Positions 12,585 to 23,400 of a stretch of 64,000 nucleotides of DNA are shown here, in pieces. Source of the stretch: Tubulanus polymorphus (Eukaryota; Animalia; Nemertea); NCBI RefSeq assembly GCF_964204645.1, contig NC_134026.1:5045950-5109949 (forward strand), given 5' to 3'. The notes under the pieces are model-generated. The model had not been told where the DNA came from and did no database searches. It worked only from the letters and a program-made list of their open reading frames with translations. Both the position numbers and the translations under genes were made by a program. Each line of letters begins with the position of its first letter. Position 1 is the first letter of the stretch.

Positions 12585-15500
12585 GGGGTCAGAAGGAAGG
12601 CTAACGGCAATCAGAAGGGCCCAACGGGGCCAAATGACGAAGATTTTCGGAAAAACGGAAGAAAAACTAGCAGAGATTCTACTCGTCGATGAAAGTTCAA
12701 GAACTCTGGAAACTGTTCAACCGTTCTCCACTTTAATCGACGCGCTGTTCACAAAATTCGAATATTTACGACAATTAGACCAACAATTAATGGATGAAAT
12801 CGTTGATGAAACCGAGTTAACTAACACTATAGTTGAATCAGATGATTATCTCACTGAGATACAAATCAAACTCGGTCGATTCAAACTGAACTTGGATAAT
12901 CTACTAGCGAAGATACCAAAACCACAATCGCTAAACGAATCTGTAAGTACCATCAATCGAAGCAGTACTACCTCAACCGGCAGTAAAAAAGTCAATCTAC
13001 CAAAATTGGCTCTCCCAAATTTCGATGGTGACATTTTGAAATGGTCTACTTTCTACGATAATTTCATCTCAGCCGTCGATAGCGATCCGCATTTGGACGA
13101 TATCCAGAAGTTTCAATATTTGGTCGCACAACTCACTGACGAAGCAGCGCGTACCATAGAAGGTCTGCAAATAACTAGCGCTAACTACAAAGAAGCTCTG
13201 ACGATCTTAGTAGAAAGATACGGTCAACCTCACAAGATCGTGAACGCGTACATCAGAGCTTTATTAGATTTGCAGCCACCGCAGGATCACGAGAGTCTAC
13301 GCGAATTTTACGATTCTTTGGAAACATATATTCGAGGATTGCGCGCGCTCGGGAAATCGGAAGATGCGTTCGGTGACATACTCGTTCCGGTAGTCTTCGA
13401 TAAGCTACCGAGTCCCGTCAAAACACAAATTTCACGGGAGCACGGAGACCGCGCCTGGACACTTAAAGAACTACGCGACGCGATCCGAAAGGAAATACAA
13501 GCTACACAGGCAGGAGCGAGCTGCGTCAACTTCGATAATGAAAAATTATCCGCTCTTCATATAAGCACTAAAACGAGGAAAAATCCGGCCTCGAAAAACA
13601 ACAGTTGCGCGTTCTGCAAGGGTCCACATACGGCGTTCTCATGCGATATAATCGTTAACCCAAAAAAGCGACAAGACATCATAAAGGCAAATCGTAAGTG
13701 TTATAACTGTTTTGGCAATCACATGGTAACAGCTTGCCAATCGAAATATCGTTGTAAGGTTTGCAAAGGCAAACACCACACTGCTATTCATATAGATCGA
13801 AATACTGATACGCATATTGAATCAAAAAATATTCATGTCAATATAGCTCCAACTTCAAGTCCTGTTCTCTTGAAATCGGCTATTGGTCAAATAAATTATG
13901 GTTCGAATTCGACCACGGTAAATATCTTGTTTGACGAAGGAGCGCAGTGCTCATTCATCACTAAAAAGTCGGTAAATGAATTAGGTGTCCGATTGGACAA
14001 ATTTGAAAAGCAAGATGTAAATATTTCCACCTTTGGTGACAATTCGCCTGGGGCACGTACTCTACGGAGTATAGATTTAAAACTTCGTACGCGTAAAGGC
14101 GAAATTGGTTTACGTGCATTAGTTGTACCGGAAATATGTCCACCAATTCAGAACAATGTAAAACTTGCTGTGACAAATCACCCGTACCTTCGAAATTTAC
14201 CATTAGCACCGTACGTCAACACCAGCAATTGTGAAATTAATCTATTAATCGGTGCTGATTATTACTGGTCGATCGTAGAGAATGAAGTGGTTAGAGGAGC
14301 TGGCCCGACAGCTGTCAGTTCCAAACTCGGGTTCCTTCTATCAGGACCCATCAATTTGAATGCGAATACATCGGTACTCCATACTACCTGTCTTTTGAAT
14401 ACTATACATTCAAACGATGAATTCTCAAAATTATCTAACTACTGGGATCTTGAAGTAATTGGCATCAAGGAAACGATTAAATCTGAAACAATGAATTTTG
14501 AAACGTATCGAGACAATTACCTTAAACGCGATACCAGTGGTAAATATATAGCCAATTTACCTTGGAAAGAAGATTATCCACCGCTCCCTACCAATTTTGA
14601 TATTTGTACCGCTAGAACTAGATCTATGGTTAAACGCTTGTCTCCAGAACTGAGGCAGAAATATAATGCGATAATAGCAGAGCAACTTTCACGCGAATTT
14701 ATTGAGATAGTAGAAAATGATGACAAGAGCCAGGGCCATTACATACCCCACCACTCGGTTAAAAAGGAATCAATCACAACACCGATTAGAATTGTTTATG
14801 ATTGTAGTTGTAAACAAGGGGATAATCCTAGTTTGAACGACTGTCTCGAAAGCGGTCCTTCATTAATAAATGATCTTGTGCAGATATTAATCCGCTTTCG
14901 CACGAATAACGTCGCATTTACAAGTGATATTGAAAAGGCATTTTTAAATGTAAAACTCGGTGAAAACGATAGAAATTTCACAAAATTTCTATGGCTATCA
15001 GATCCTACGGATCCCGATAGTCCCTTCAAGGTCTATCGTTTCAAATCAGTACTTTTCGGGTCCACTAGCTCACCATTCATCTTAAATTCTGTAGTGAAAA
15101 CGCATCTACAGTCCGAAAATACAGAAATCTCAATCGATATGCAATCAAACATATACGTCGATAACGTTCTCAGTGGCTCTCATAACGCTAAAAAAGCAAT
15201 TGAATATTTCGAAGAAGCCACGAATACTATGAGCAGGGGTGGATTTATTTTGAGATCATGGGCTACAAACGACCCAGAACTAAGATCGTTGATAAAACAA
15301 CAGGCAATGGGTGAGAATAATGAAATCGTCAATGTCGTAGGGTTACAATGGGATACGATTAGTGATACTCTTCAGTTTTCAAAGGCCATAAAAGACCCAG
15401 CTATGTGCACTCAGTCTGTGGTATCTAAGCGGGAAGTTGTGAGCGTAACAGCGTCACTATTTGACCCCCTTGGTCTCCTCTCGCCTGTGCATATTCAAGC

Positions 15501-17037
15501 TAAAATGTTTATCCAGAAATTGTGGCAATCTAAACAAACTTGGGATGAACCCTTATCTGATGAATTATCATCACTCTGGTTTGAAATACATCAGCAGTTA
15601 TACGCCTGTCAACATACAGCTATACAAAGACCATATTTTGGTCAACCGACTAGTGAATGTGAACTACACATTTTTGCTGATGCCAGTCCCAATGCTTATG
15701 GGGCTGTAGCTTATCTGAAAACTGACAAATCGACTTCAATCATTATGGCAAAATCACGGGTTAAACCATTAAAAGAGGTTACTATCCCTAGACTTGAATT
15801 ATTGGCAGCACTGATCGCTGCACGGCTCGCGAAATTTATCCGTGATGCATTCGACAAGTCAAATTTAAGTTTAACAAAATGTGTTCTTTGGTCCGATAGT
15901 CAGATCACAATACATTGGATTCGGAGTGAGAAGAAATTACCCACATTCGTCGAAAACAGAGTCCGTGAAATTCGGTCTGTCAAATTTGACATAATCAATT
16001 ATTGTCCTACAAAGGACAACCCTGCTGATCTCTTGACTCGGGGCATCAATACCCAAGACTTGGATAATAGTAGATTATGGTGGTTTGGACCAACTTGGCT
16101 GCCTAATGGCGATTGGCCAATTGATCGATTGAATAATTCAACTGTACTATTTTGTTCAGTAAATAATTCTGAATCGCACTCTCAACAGTGTGCAGAATTA
16201 GCTAGTACTAATTCTATCTCAGTTCTATCAACCACCGCAACTCCATCAGAACCGTCTGGAATACAAAAAGTAATAGATGTCGAGCAATTCAATTCGCTGC
16301 ATAAATTACTTCGAGTCACAGCATGTGTACTACGCTTTATTTCTATTATGAAGAAGACATGTCAACCTAGACATAATCATATTACCGTGCCAGAAATACG
16401 TTTGGCTCGTACTACGTGGGTTCGCTCTTTGCAAGATGACGAATTTTCAAATGAAATTAAATGTATTCAGAAAGGGGGACGAGGTACCCAATTGACTAAA
16501 CAATTAAACCTATTCACTGATAAAGAGGGTTTAATTAGATGTGGCGGTCGTTTTCAAAACGCGAATCTTAACTACAACGCTAAGTACCCAATATTATTGC
16601 CATCGAAGCACCCATACACAAAATTAGTAATTAGTGACGCCCATAAAATGGTTCTACACAGTGGGTTACAATCAACTTTGTGTTACATACGTCAATCATA
16701 TTGGATACCAAGAATTAGGCAAATAGTTAGCCCAATTATTAGAAAATGCTCAGTTTGCATTAGACATGATGGTAAATCATATCGTGCGCCAATCACGCCT
16801 CCGTTACCTGCCTGTAGACTAAAAGAAGCTCCACCCTTTACCATCACAGGCGTTGATTTCACTGGCCATTTATATTATCGCACGAAACACTCAAAACAGA
16901 ACAAGGCATACATATGTCTATTTACATGCGCCGTTTCCAGGGCAATACATCTGGAAATAGTCACTGATCTGACGCCTGCTTCCTTTATGAGAGCATTTCG
17001 CAGATTTGGCAACAAAGGTCAGAAACTTTCTGTCTAA
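12583..17037 (+). CDS. BEL/Pao Gag-Pol polyprotein (Gag, zinc knuckles, aspartic protease, RT, RNase H, integrase N-terminus), truncated
   Basis: LPKLALPNFDGD (BEL Gag), CAFCKGPH/CYNCFGNH/CKVCKGKHH knuckles, LFDEGAQ protease, DIEKAFL and YVDN RT motifs, LHIFADAS..TIPRLEL..WSDS..NPAD RNase H, an HHCC zinc domain and GVDFTG integrase. The frame is lost after FRRF. Confidence 0.95.
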   Translation: MGSEGRLTAIRRAQRGQMTKIFGKTEEKLAEILLVDESSRTLETVQPFSTLIDALFTKFEYLRQLDQQLMDEIVDETELTNTIVESDDYLTEIQIKLGRFKLNLDNLLAKIPKPQSLNESVSTINRSSTTSTGSKKVNLPKLALPNFDGDILKWSTFYDNFISAVDSDPHLDDIQKFQYLVAQLTDEAARTIEGLQITSANYKEALTILVERYGQPHKIVNAYIRALLDLQPPQDHESLREFYDSLETYIRGLRALGKSEDAFGDILVPVVFDKLPSPVKTQISREHGDRAWTLKELRDAIRKEIQATQAGASCVNFDNEKLSALHISTKTRKNPASKNNSCAFCKGPHTAFSCDIIVNPKKRQDIIKANRKCYNCFGNHMVTACQSKYRCKVCKGKHHTAIHIDRNTDTHIESKNIHVNIAPTSSPVLLKSAIGQINYGSNSTTVNILFDEGAQCSFITKKSVNELGVRLDKFEKQDVNISTFGDNSPGARTLRSIDLKLRTRKGEIGLRALVVPEICPPIQNNVKLAVTNHPYLRNLPLAPYVNTSNCEINLLIGADYYWSIVENEVVRGAGPTAVSSKLGFLLSGPINLNANTSVLHTTCLLNTIHSNDEFSKLSNYWDLEVIGIKETIKSETMNFETYRDNYLKRDTSGKYIANLPWKEDYPPLPTNFDICTARTRSMVKRLSPELRQKYNAIIAEQLSREFIEIVENDDKSQGHYIPHHSVKKESITTPIRIVYDCSCKQGDNPSLNDCLESGPSLINDLVQILIRFRTNNVAFTSDIEKAFLNVKLGENDRNFTKFLWLSDPTDPDSPFKVYRFKSVLFGSTSSPFILNSVVKTHLQSENTEISIDMQSNIYVDNVLSGSHNAKKAIEYFEEATNTMSRGGFILRSWATNDPELRSLIKQQAMGENNEIVNVVGLQWDTISDTLQFSKAIKDPAMCTQSVVSKREVVSVTASLFDPLGLLSPVHIQAKMFIQKLWQSKQTWDEPLSDELSSLWFEIHQQLYACQHTAIQRPYFGQPTSECELHIFADASPNAYGAVAYLKTDKSTSIIMAKSRVKPLKEVTIPRLELLAALIAARLAKFIRDAFDKSNLSLTKCVLWSDSQITIHWIRSEKKLPTFVENRVREIRSVKFDIINYCPTKDNPADLLTRGINTQDLDNSRLWWFGPTWLPNGDWPIDRLNNSTVLFCSVNNSESHSQQCAELASTNSISVLSTTATPSEPSGIQKVIDVEQFNSLHKLLRVTACVLRFISIMKKTCQPRHNHITVPEIRLARTTWVRSLQDDEFSNEIKCIQKGGRGTQLTKQLNLFTDKEGLIRCGGRFQNANLNYNAKYPILLPSKHPYTKLVISDAHKMVLHSGLQSTLCYIRQSYWIPRIRQIVSPIIRKCSVCIRHDGKSYRAPITPPLPACRLKEAPPFTITGVDFTGHLYYRTKHSKQNKAYICLFTCAVSRAIHLEIVTDLTPASFMRAFRRFGNKGQKLSV

Positions 17038-17822
17038 CAAACTTGTTACTTGGACATTTATACCGAAACGCGCGCCATGGTTTGGCGGATTTTATGAAAG
17101 ATTAGTCGGTATAACAAAAAAACACTTTGAAAAAAGTAGTTGGTCGAGCGTGTATTACCTTGGACGAATTGTCGACTCTAATTACTGAAATAGAGGCTAC
17201 AATAAACGATCGTCCTCTAACGTACATGACAAATGATGACGATGAGATCATTCCCTTAACTCCATCACATTTAATTTGTGGGAGAATGATTACTCTGTTA
17301 CCTCAACCGGTAGTTGAAGAAAACGAACTAATTGATCCGAATCTTAACTTACCGCCCATCGGTTTCTCCGACGCGAAGAAACGCATGAAATACTTAGACA
17401 GTCTTTTCCAGGATTACTGGATACGGTGGCGAAATGAATATTTGCCAACCTTAAGGGAAAACCACTGTCAGACGCTAAAGCGGGGTGGCATTACGGAAAA
17501 TCATGTCAAAATAGGCGATATAGTGATCGTTCATGATGACTAAAAAAAGAGAATCTTTTGGCAACTCGCTATCATTGAAGGTCTGAACAAGGGCAACGAC
17601 GGTCTTGTGAGATCCGCGGTAATTCGTACTAAAAGCGGGATTACGAATAGACCCCTTAAAAAATTATACCCCTTAGAAATCAATTCTGATAGTGGCGAGA
17701 AAATGAATGATGAATCATCGCCTCTAATTAGTAATATTCAACCCCCAATGAAAATAAAACGAAATGCAGCATTGAACGCTAGAAATAAAATAAAAAACTG
17801 GTGTGACAAACTGGTCGACTAA
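17006..17822 (+). pseudogene. Disrupted integrase core and C-terminus of the BEL element
   Basis: PWFGGFYERLV is in a shifted frame. An extra A in the A7 run at about 17116-17122 precedes EIEATINDRPL...LTPSH. An in-frame TAA at 17541 precedes KRIFWQLAIIE..GNDGLVRSAVIRT..RPLKKLYPLE. Confidence 0.88.
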
Positions 17823-18492
17823 TGCACAGGTTCAGCCTAATCAGAGTATAATTCAAACTTATGTTCATAATGTTTCTTAATATGAGTTAATTTCATTTTT
17901 GAAGATTTATAATGTTAAGAACATGTTCTTCTATGTTTTTCAATTATTAAAATGTGTAAATGACGATCACCATAGTATATATGTAAAATTTAATGTTAAT
18001 TGAAATGTAAGTTGAATCTTAACAGTGAAAATCATGTATGTATACATTCAAGCACAAATTGTATTAATGTTGAAATACTATGTAATTTCCTTTCTATTAT
18101 ATACCTGAATATATATCGGAGTAAATGTTCTTTTTATTTCTGATATTCACATGTTTTTAATTTCAAGAATACGTCAATCAATATTGTAATCTGTTATCTC
18201 ATAATAATGCTACAATATCCTAGTTATCATGTATACACCTATATTTTAGTTGAGACACAACGCAATGTCAAAGTTTAACGTCAAAGCTTAATGTCAATGT
18301 TTAATGTCAAAGCAATCTCAGTTTTGTGTTAAATGAAGATTAAGAGTAATGCAAACTTAATGTATCGAAGATTTAGTGATTCTGATATGAAATTGGAAAT
18401 TGATTAATTTCTCATTTTTTACGTAGGCTTATTAACTTCATAGGTATTCCTAATTGATTATACATCCTATTTTTTCTTCCCGCCGCCGGGAG

Positions 18493-18686
18493 TGTTTCGA
18501 AAGTTCGGTTACTAAGCCGCTCATCTGGTTTGTGTTTATATATTTACTGTGGATGACATCTTGTTTATGTTTATTCTCCATCTATGTGAAATAAAATCAG
18601 TCACTTCCAAGGTTTCGTAGTAACCAGACGTGTTGCTTCTTTCTCTCGGATCTGTCCCCTCTGGTCGAATCGAACCTTTCACGACA
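18493..18686 (+). repeat. 3' LTR (194 bp)
   Basis: Same sequence as the 5' LTR. Preceded by a short G-rich PPT-like CGCCGGGAG and followed by the TSD CTATA. Confidence 0.97.
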
Positions 18687-18770
18687 CTATATGACCATTT
18701 ACAAGAACTACCGAGTTCAAAATTGCTATATCAGTACATTTCGACCCGCATTAGGAGCCTCGTACGCCTA

Positions 18771-18780
18771 TATATAAATA
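18771..18780 (+). promoter_or_regulatory. TATA box of EndoU gene
   Basis: TATATAAATA starts 42 bp upstream of the ATG at 18813. Confidence 0.6.
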
Positions 18781-18812
18781 CCGTTTAATTAATCGCGCTC
18801 TATTTTGGGAAC

Positions 18813-20152
18813 ATGCAGTTGTCAACGTGGTTTCTATTCCCGGTGCTAGCGTGTTTAACGCCTCATGCCGGTGGTAAGTACTTATGCCTACAAAGTTTTG
18901 AGAACAATATTTGACGACAGCAGATGATAGACAAATGTATTATTTGTCATTACGATCAATAGAAGATAAATGTGTGAATAGCTTTCGTTCGTTTTTTTGT
19001 AGCATCCGTCAGTAAAAGTGATCTGTCTACTCTAGCAACTGACCTATGGTATTCGGACACTAATGCCGCTACCTACAATGTCGATTATAAACTAGACCTC
19101 CAAGCTAAGGCATCCGGGTCGAAGACTTCCACTTCTAAATACGGAAAGTAAGGAATACATACGAAATCTTTACATTGGTTATAATTATGTAAAAATTAAA
19201 TGTTTATAGGTATCATTTATATGTTTATTGACATCAAATACAGGATAAGCCAACAGAATATGTTTTTCGATTCCTTCCACTGAATTAGTCTTCAGATGTT
19301 AAGACGAAAAATATATCTCGTTTTAGATTGATTCCCTTTATAAAAGATAGTATTCTACGGAAACCAACGTACGCCGCATTTGTTCGTCTGCTGGACAACT
19401 ACGTCGATCAAACGGGAATTGAAGAAGACGTGACTCGTGAAGAGATACAGGAGATGAACACGTTCCTTGATGAAATCCTCAAAACGAATGTTCTGCAAAA
19501 AACCTACGAATTCCTGCGACGAAAAAGTGAGTACCGGTTTACGCGTAGCTTGTGTAAAGAAGTAACTCCAGCAATAGAAATAGCCAGCAATAAACGCAAT
19601 TTCCCATAAGTAAAAAGAACCCTTGATTTCGAATTCTCGCGACATTAGTAAATTGAATACATAACTGAATCATGTGTATTATCAATTACAGACTATGTGA
19701 AAGGCACATATGCATCCGATTTCAGAAAACTACTGCAGCGAATATGGTTTACATTGTATTCACGCGAAAAGGGATTGTACGATACGAGCGGTTTCGAGCA
19801 CGTGTTCGTGGGTGAACTGAAGAAAGGAGCCATCACCGGGCTACATAACTGGATTCAGTATTACCGCCTGGAAAAGCGCGGCGCGCTAAAATACAAGGGC
19901 TACCTCGTCAGTAGATACCCGAACCTGATGAAAGTTCAATTCACGATCAACAACCGTTGGAAAGAGGCCTCCGGTATGTTCTACGGGACAAGTCCCGAGT
20001 TCGAACTGGCCATGTACACGGTGTGTTTCCTCACCAGACCGAATGCGAAATGCGAGTTCTCCATCGACGGAGGATTTGTCAGAATCCTAACTTACAAAGT
20101 GCATTATGCGAGCGCCTCCCAGTCGATAGCTAGCGCTTTTCCAGCAGTATAA
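18813..20152 (+). CDS. ENDOU: Poly(U)-specific endoribonuclease EndoU/PP11 family, with signal peptide (4 exons)
   Basis: Exons 18813-18873, 19003-19147, 19327-19527 and 19692-20152 are in phase. Motifs: signal peptide MQLSTWFLFPVLACLTPHAG, LW.SD.N, PTYAAFVRLLDNY, SGFEHVFVGE, GLHNW, K..SGMFYGTSPEFELAMYTVCF. AATAAA follows at about 20159. Confidence 0.93.
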
Positions 20153-20457
20153 TTGACGAAATAAAATACATGTACCAGTATATGTACAATAAACACGACA
20201 TAATGTGTAAACAATCGTAGTTTTAATTAAGTAATCGTTGGCGGTAAGCTTTTTTAATCGGATGGGCTTCTACCAACATGTGGTTATGAAAATATTCGAT
20301 CGTGAATCTAAACCACAGCCAGGTTATTTATTGACTAGAACAATCCTCACTCCATGAAGATACATGCGGCATATTCTAAAAACTCAACCACAACACTTAA
20401 TGTACACAATATACATATATTTACAGAGAATATTTACAAATAATTATTCCGCATTCA

Positions 20458-23400
20458 TTACACACGAATTATTTGTCGGGAACTAAACATTTTGATTCCA
20501 TTCTGCGTTGATGTTCGACAGTTCTTCGTTAGTAGAGCGCTTACTTTGCAAGATTCGGAACTCAGATCTCTGCAAGAAAACATCGCGTAAATGTTCAGTA
20601 ATCAAATCACAAGACCCTGGGGTAGTGCTTAAGTATATATATTTTGGAACTTTTTAATTGCTCTCTCCTTTGGATTTGAGTTAGCCGGGGAAGCTGATAT
20701 TCCATTAATTTTTAGCCCACTTGGGACTTTAGTCCCAGCGGGCTATTGCGTTCACTTTTCGTCCGTTGTCCGTCCGTAGACGGAATCCAGTTATTTTGGG
20801 AAGTTTTGAAGACGCTTCAAGGTAACGTCTTGATATTTGGGTTACACGTGTATCTACCCTAGACACATCTTCAGCCCAAAAACTGGCCCTGTCAGAATCA
20901 AGATGGCTGACTGGCAGCCATTGTTGTTCGCCAAAATCAGCACTTTTTACACATTTTTGAACTTTTTGAGGGAAATTTTGAAGACGCTTCGATCAATTAC
21001 CTTGATCTTTCGGATATATATGAATCCCCCCAGGGCCCATCAACGAAACAAAAATTGGGTCGGTCGGACTCAAGATGGCCGTCCTATGACCTTTTTAGTG
21101 CCCAAAAATGTTAATTTTCCCGAATTCTGAGTCCTGTAGCTTCCTACTGGTTTACCATTTCTCATTGCAATTTGTGATGGGTATTCTTTGGAAAGGGATG
21201 TTTTATACCTCAGACAGGTATTTTTCATCAGCCAATTATGACGCAATTGGCGGCCATCTTGGTGTCACCAGTACTCATTCGTAAGTGGGAAAAAGTTTTT
21301 CCACATTATATTGATACCTAAGCGTATTTTGCTACCACAATCAATTAGAAAGTTGTAGCTCATAACGTGTTCTATGATTGTGGTGAGTTTCAAGGTAATT
21401 GGATTTCGTATATGGCCACCAGGGGGCGTTGAATAATACAATATCTTAGCATTTCTTTATTATATTCGTACCTATGCATATTTTGTAACCGCAATCAATT
21501 GGAAAGTTGCAGCTCATGACATCATCTATGATTGTTGTGAGTTTTAAGGACATTAGTTTTTCTATATGGTCACCAGGGGGTGTTGAATAGTGGAATAACT
21601 TAGTATTTCCTTATTATATTGGTACCTAGGCATATTTTGTTACCATGATCAATTGCAAAGTTGTAGTTCATGACATGTTCTATGATTGTGGTGAGTTTCG
21701 AGGTCATTGGGTTTTGAATATGGTCACCAGGGGGCGTTGAATAGTAGAATGACTTAGTATTTCCATATTAAATTGGTAACGAGGCATATTTTGTTATCAC
21801 AATCAATTACAAAATCGTAGCTGCTGACATGTTCTATGATTTTGGTGAGTTTCAAGGTCGTTGGTTTTTGTAAATGGTCACCAGGGGGCGTTGAATATTG
21901 AAATTGTTAGATTGTTGAGCATTTGAAACCATTTCCCAAGTGGGCATGGTGTCCCTGGACCCCTAGTTTATGAACGGATATAAATCAACTTGAACCCACT
22001 TTCATGAGGAATGCTGCGGGATGTTTAAAGAGAGGAATTTACTCACACAATGTAGGGTGTAATTTCATCAAGAGACCATTTCTCTTTTGCCTTGAATAAA
22101 GCAGCAAATCTGAATAGCGAAAATGAAATAGTGAAAACAGTTATATTTTGAGTTACGACCACATACGATGTGCATAAAATGCGTGTATGGACTCACCTTT
22201 CAGACACATTTTCTGGGAGCTCAGAAACTGGGAAATATGTAATTGTCTCTGGTTTGCTGTTTCGGTCAATCAAAGCAAGGCCCTAAAGAGATTAGGAATA
22301 CATAAATTGATATCTTATGTATTAAGAAAACTGGTACCATATTCATCTATCTATCTATACTTTACAAATACCGGGGTAAGGCTGCCAACTTTGCCGCAAC
22401 AGATTTTGTCTCAACAGATTCTTTTAATCATCTATGCCTACTACAACCTTAATTCAGCAGGCTTATTTTATACAAAGGTTACCTGTATTTGTAGAAGGTC
22501 TACATTCATATTTTGTGGGACAGATTCATTCCACGTCTTCATAAAATCCTGGAAGTTGAACTTGTCGTTGTGTCTTAGCAGTATCTCCGCATGAAAGCGA
22601 CAAACTTTATGCTCATTGAAACAGAAAGCGCCTTCTACAAAAATAATCAATATCGATACAAATAAAGGAACCTGACTAACAAACACCAGCTAATCGAAAT
22701 GAACTGAAAGATACAAACCTACATCATCAACTGGATCACTATAACAGTTCAGTACATGTAACACGACCTCCCTGAATTAAATAAACACAGTTTTCAGAAC
22801 TCATTATAAATTTTCGTTTAAAATGGCCGATTGATAAGTACTCACTTTGGATAAAGATCGGCGAGAATTTCACAGCAATGAGTTCCAGGTATGGCGTCAT
22901 AAGACCAATCTTTCTCGTCTAACAGCAGAAATAAACTGGATAACACTTGGCTCAAATAGTCGAATTCCAAAATGCGCATTTTACCTGAAAAATGCCATGA
23001 ATTACAATAATGTTTTACAATAATATCTGGTGGTAACTAGGAAGAGATTGCCAAAATAATATACGAATATGTACGTAAGCATAAATATGTTATCGACTCT
23101 TCTTACCATCTATCGTGCAAACTTGTAATGCTTTTAAGGCTTTCATCAGTTCATCCTCGCTCGCTTGTATCACATCTAACAATTCATCATAAGTGTACTA
23201 AAAATCGAAAATAAAAAAATGAGTAAAATCATTTTTAGCTAAAATATGATGCATTTTTCAAAATTCTAAAGGACACAATTAAAAGCTTGTCTCAATTATT
23301 GACTAAAAAAAAACATATTTGAAAAAAAATCTTACCATTTTAACATTTTCCATACTAGTTTCTTCGTGTAACTGACCACTGTATGGACTCATCTCCAGTA

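Larger units (their letters stand above)
12370..18686 (+). mobile_element. BEL/Pao LTR retrotransposon with both LTRs, integrase-defective
   Basis: Two 194-bp TG...CA LTRs, a 5-bp TSD CTATA (12365-12369 and 18687-18691), a PBS, and a gag-PR-RT-RH-IN polyprotein in BEL/Pao order. Confidence 0.97.

Noticed and set aside
17116-17122. Programmed ribosomal frameshift in the retrotransposon
   Set aside because: It falls mid-integrase, downstream of a deletion. A homopolymer indel or sequencing error is the simpler explanation.
17823-18492. env-like ORF in the BEL element
   Set aside because: The region is AT-rich and closed in all frames, with only a small 13-bp tandem repeat near 18268-18312.
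18813-20152. EndoU as cargo of the LTR retrotransposon or a nidovirus-like NendoU
   Set aside because: It lies outside the 3' LTR and TSD, has three spliceosomal introns, a signal peptide and cellular XendoU-type motifs.
21300-21900. CRISPR-like array
   Set aside because: The whole 154-bp unit is repeated with no unique spacers, the context is eukaryotic, and there are no cas genes.
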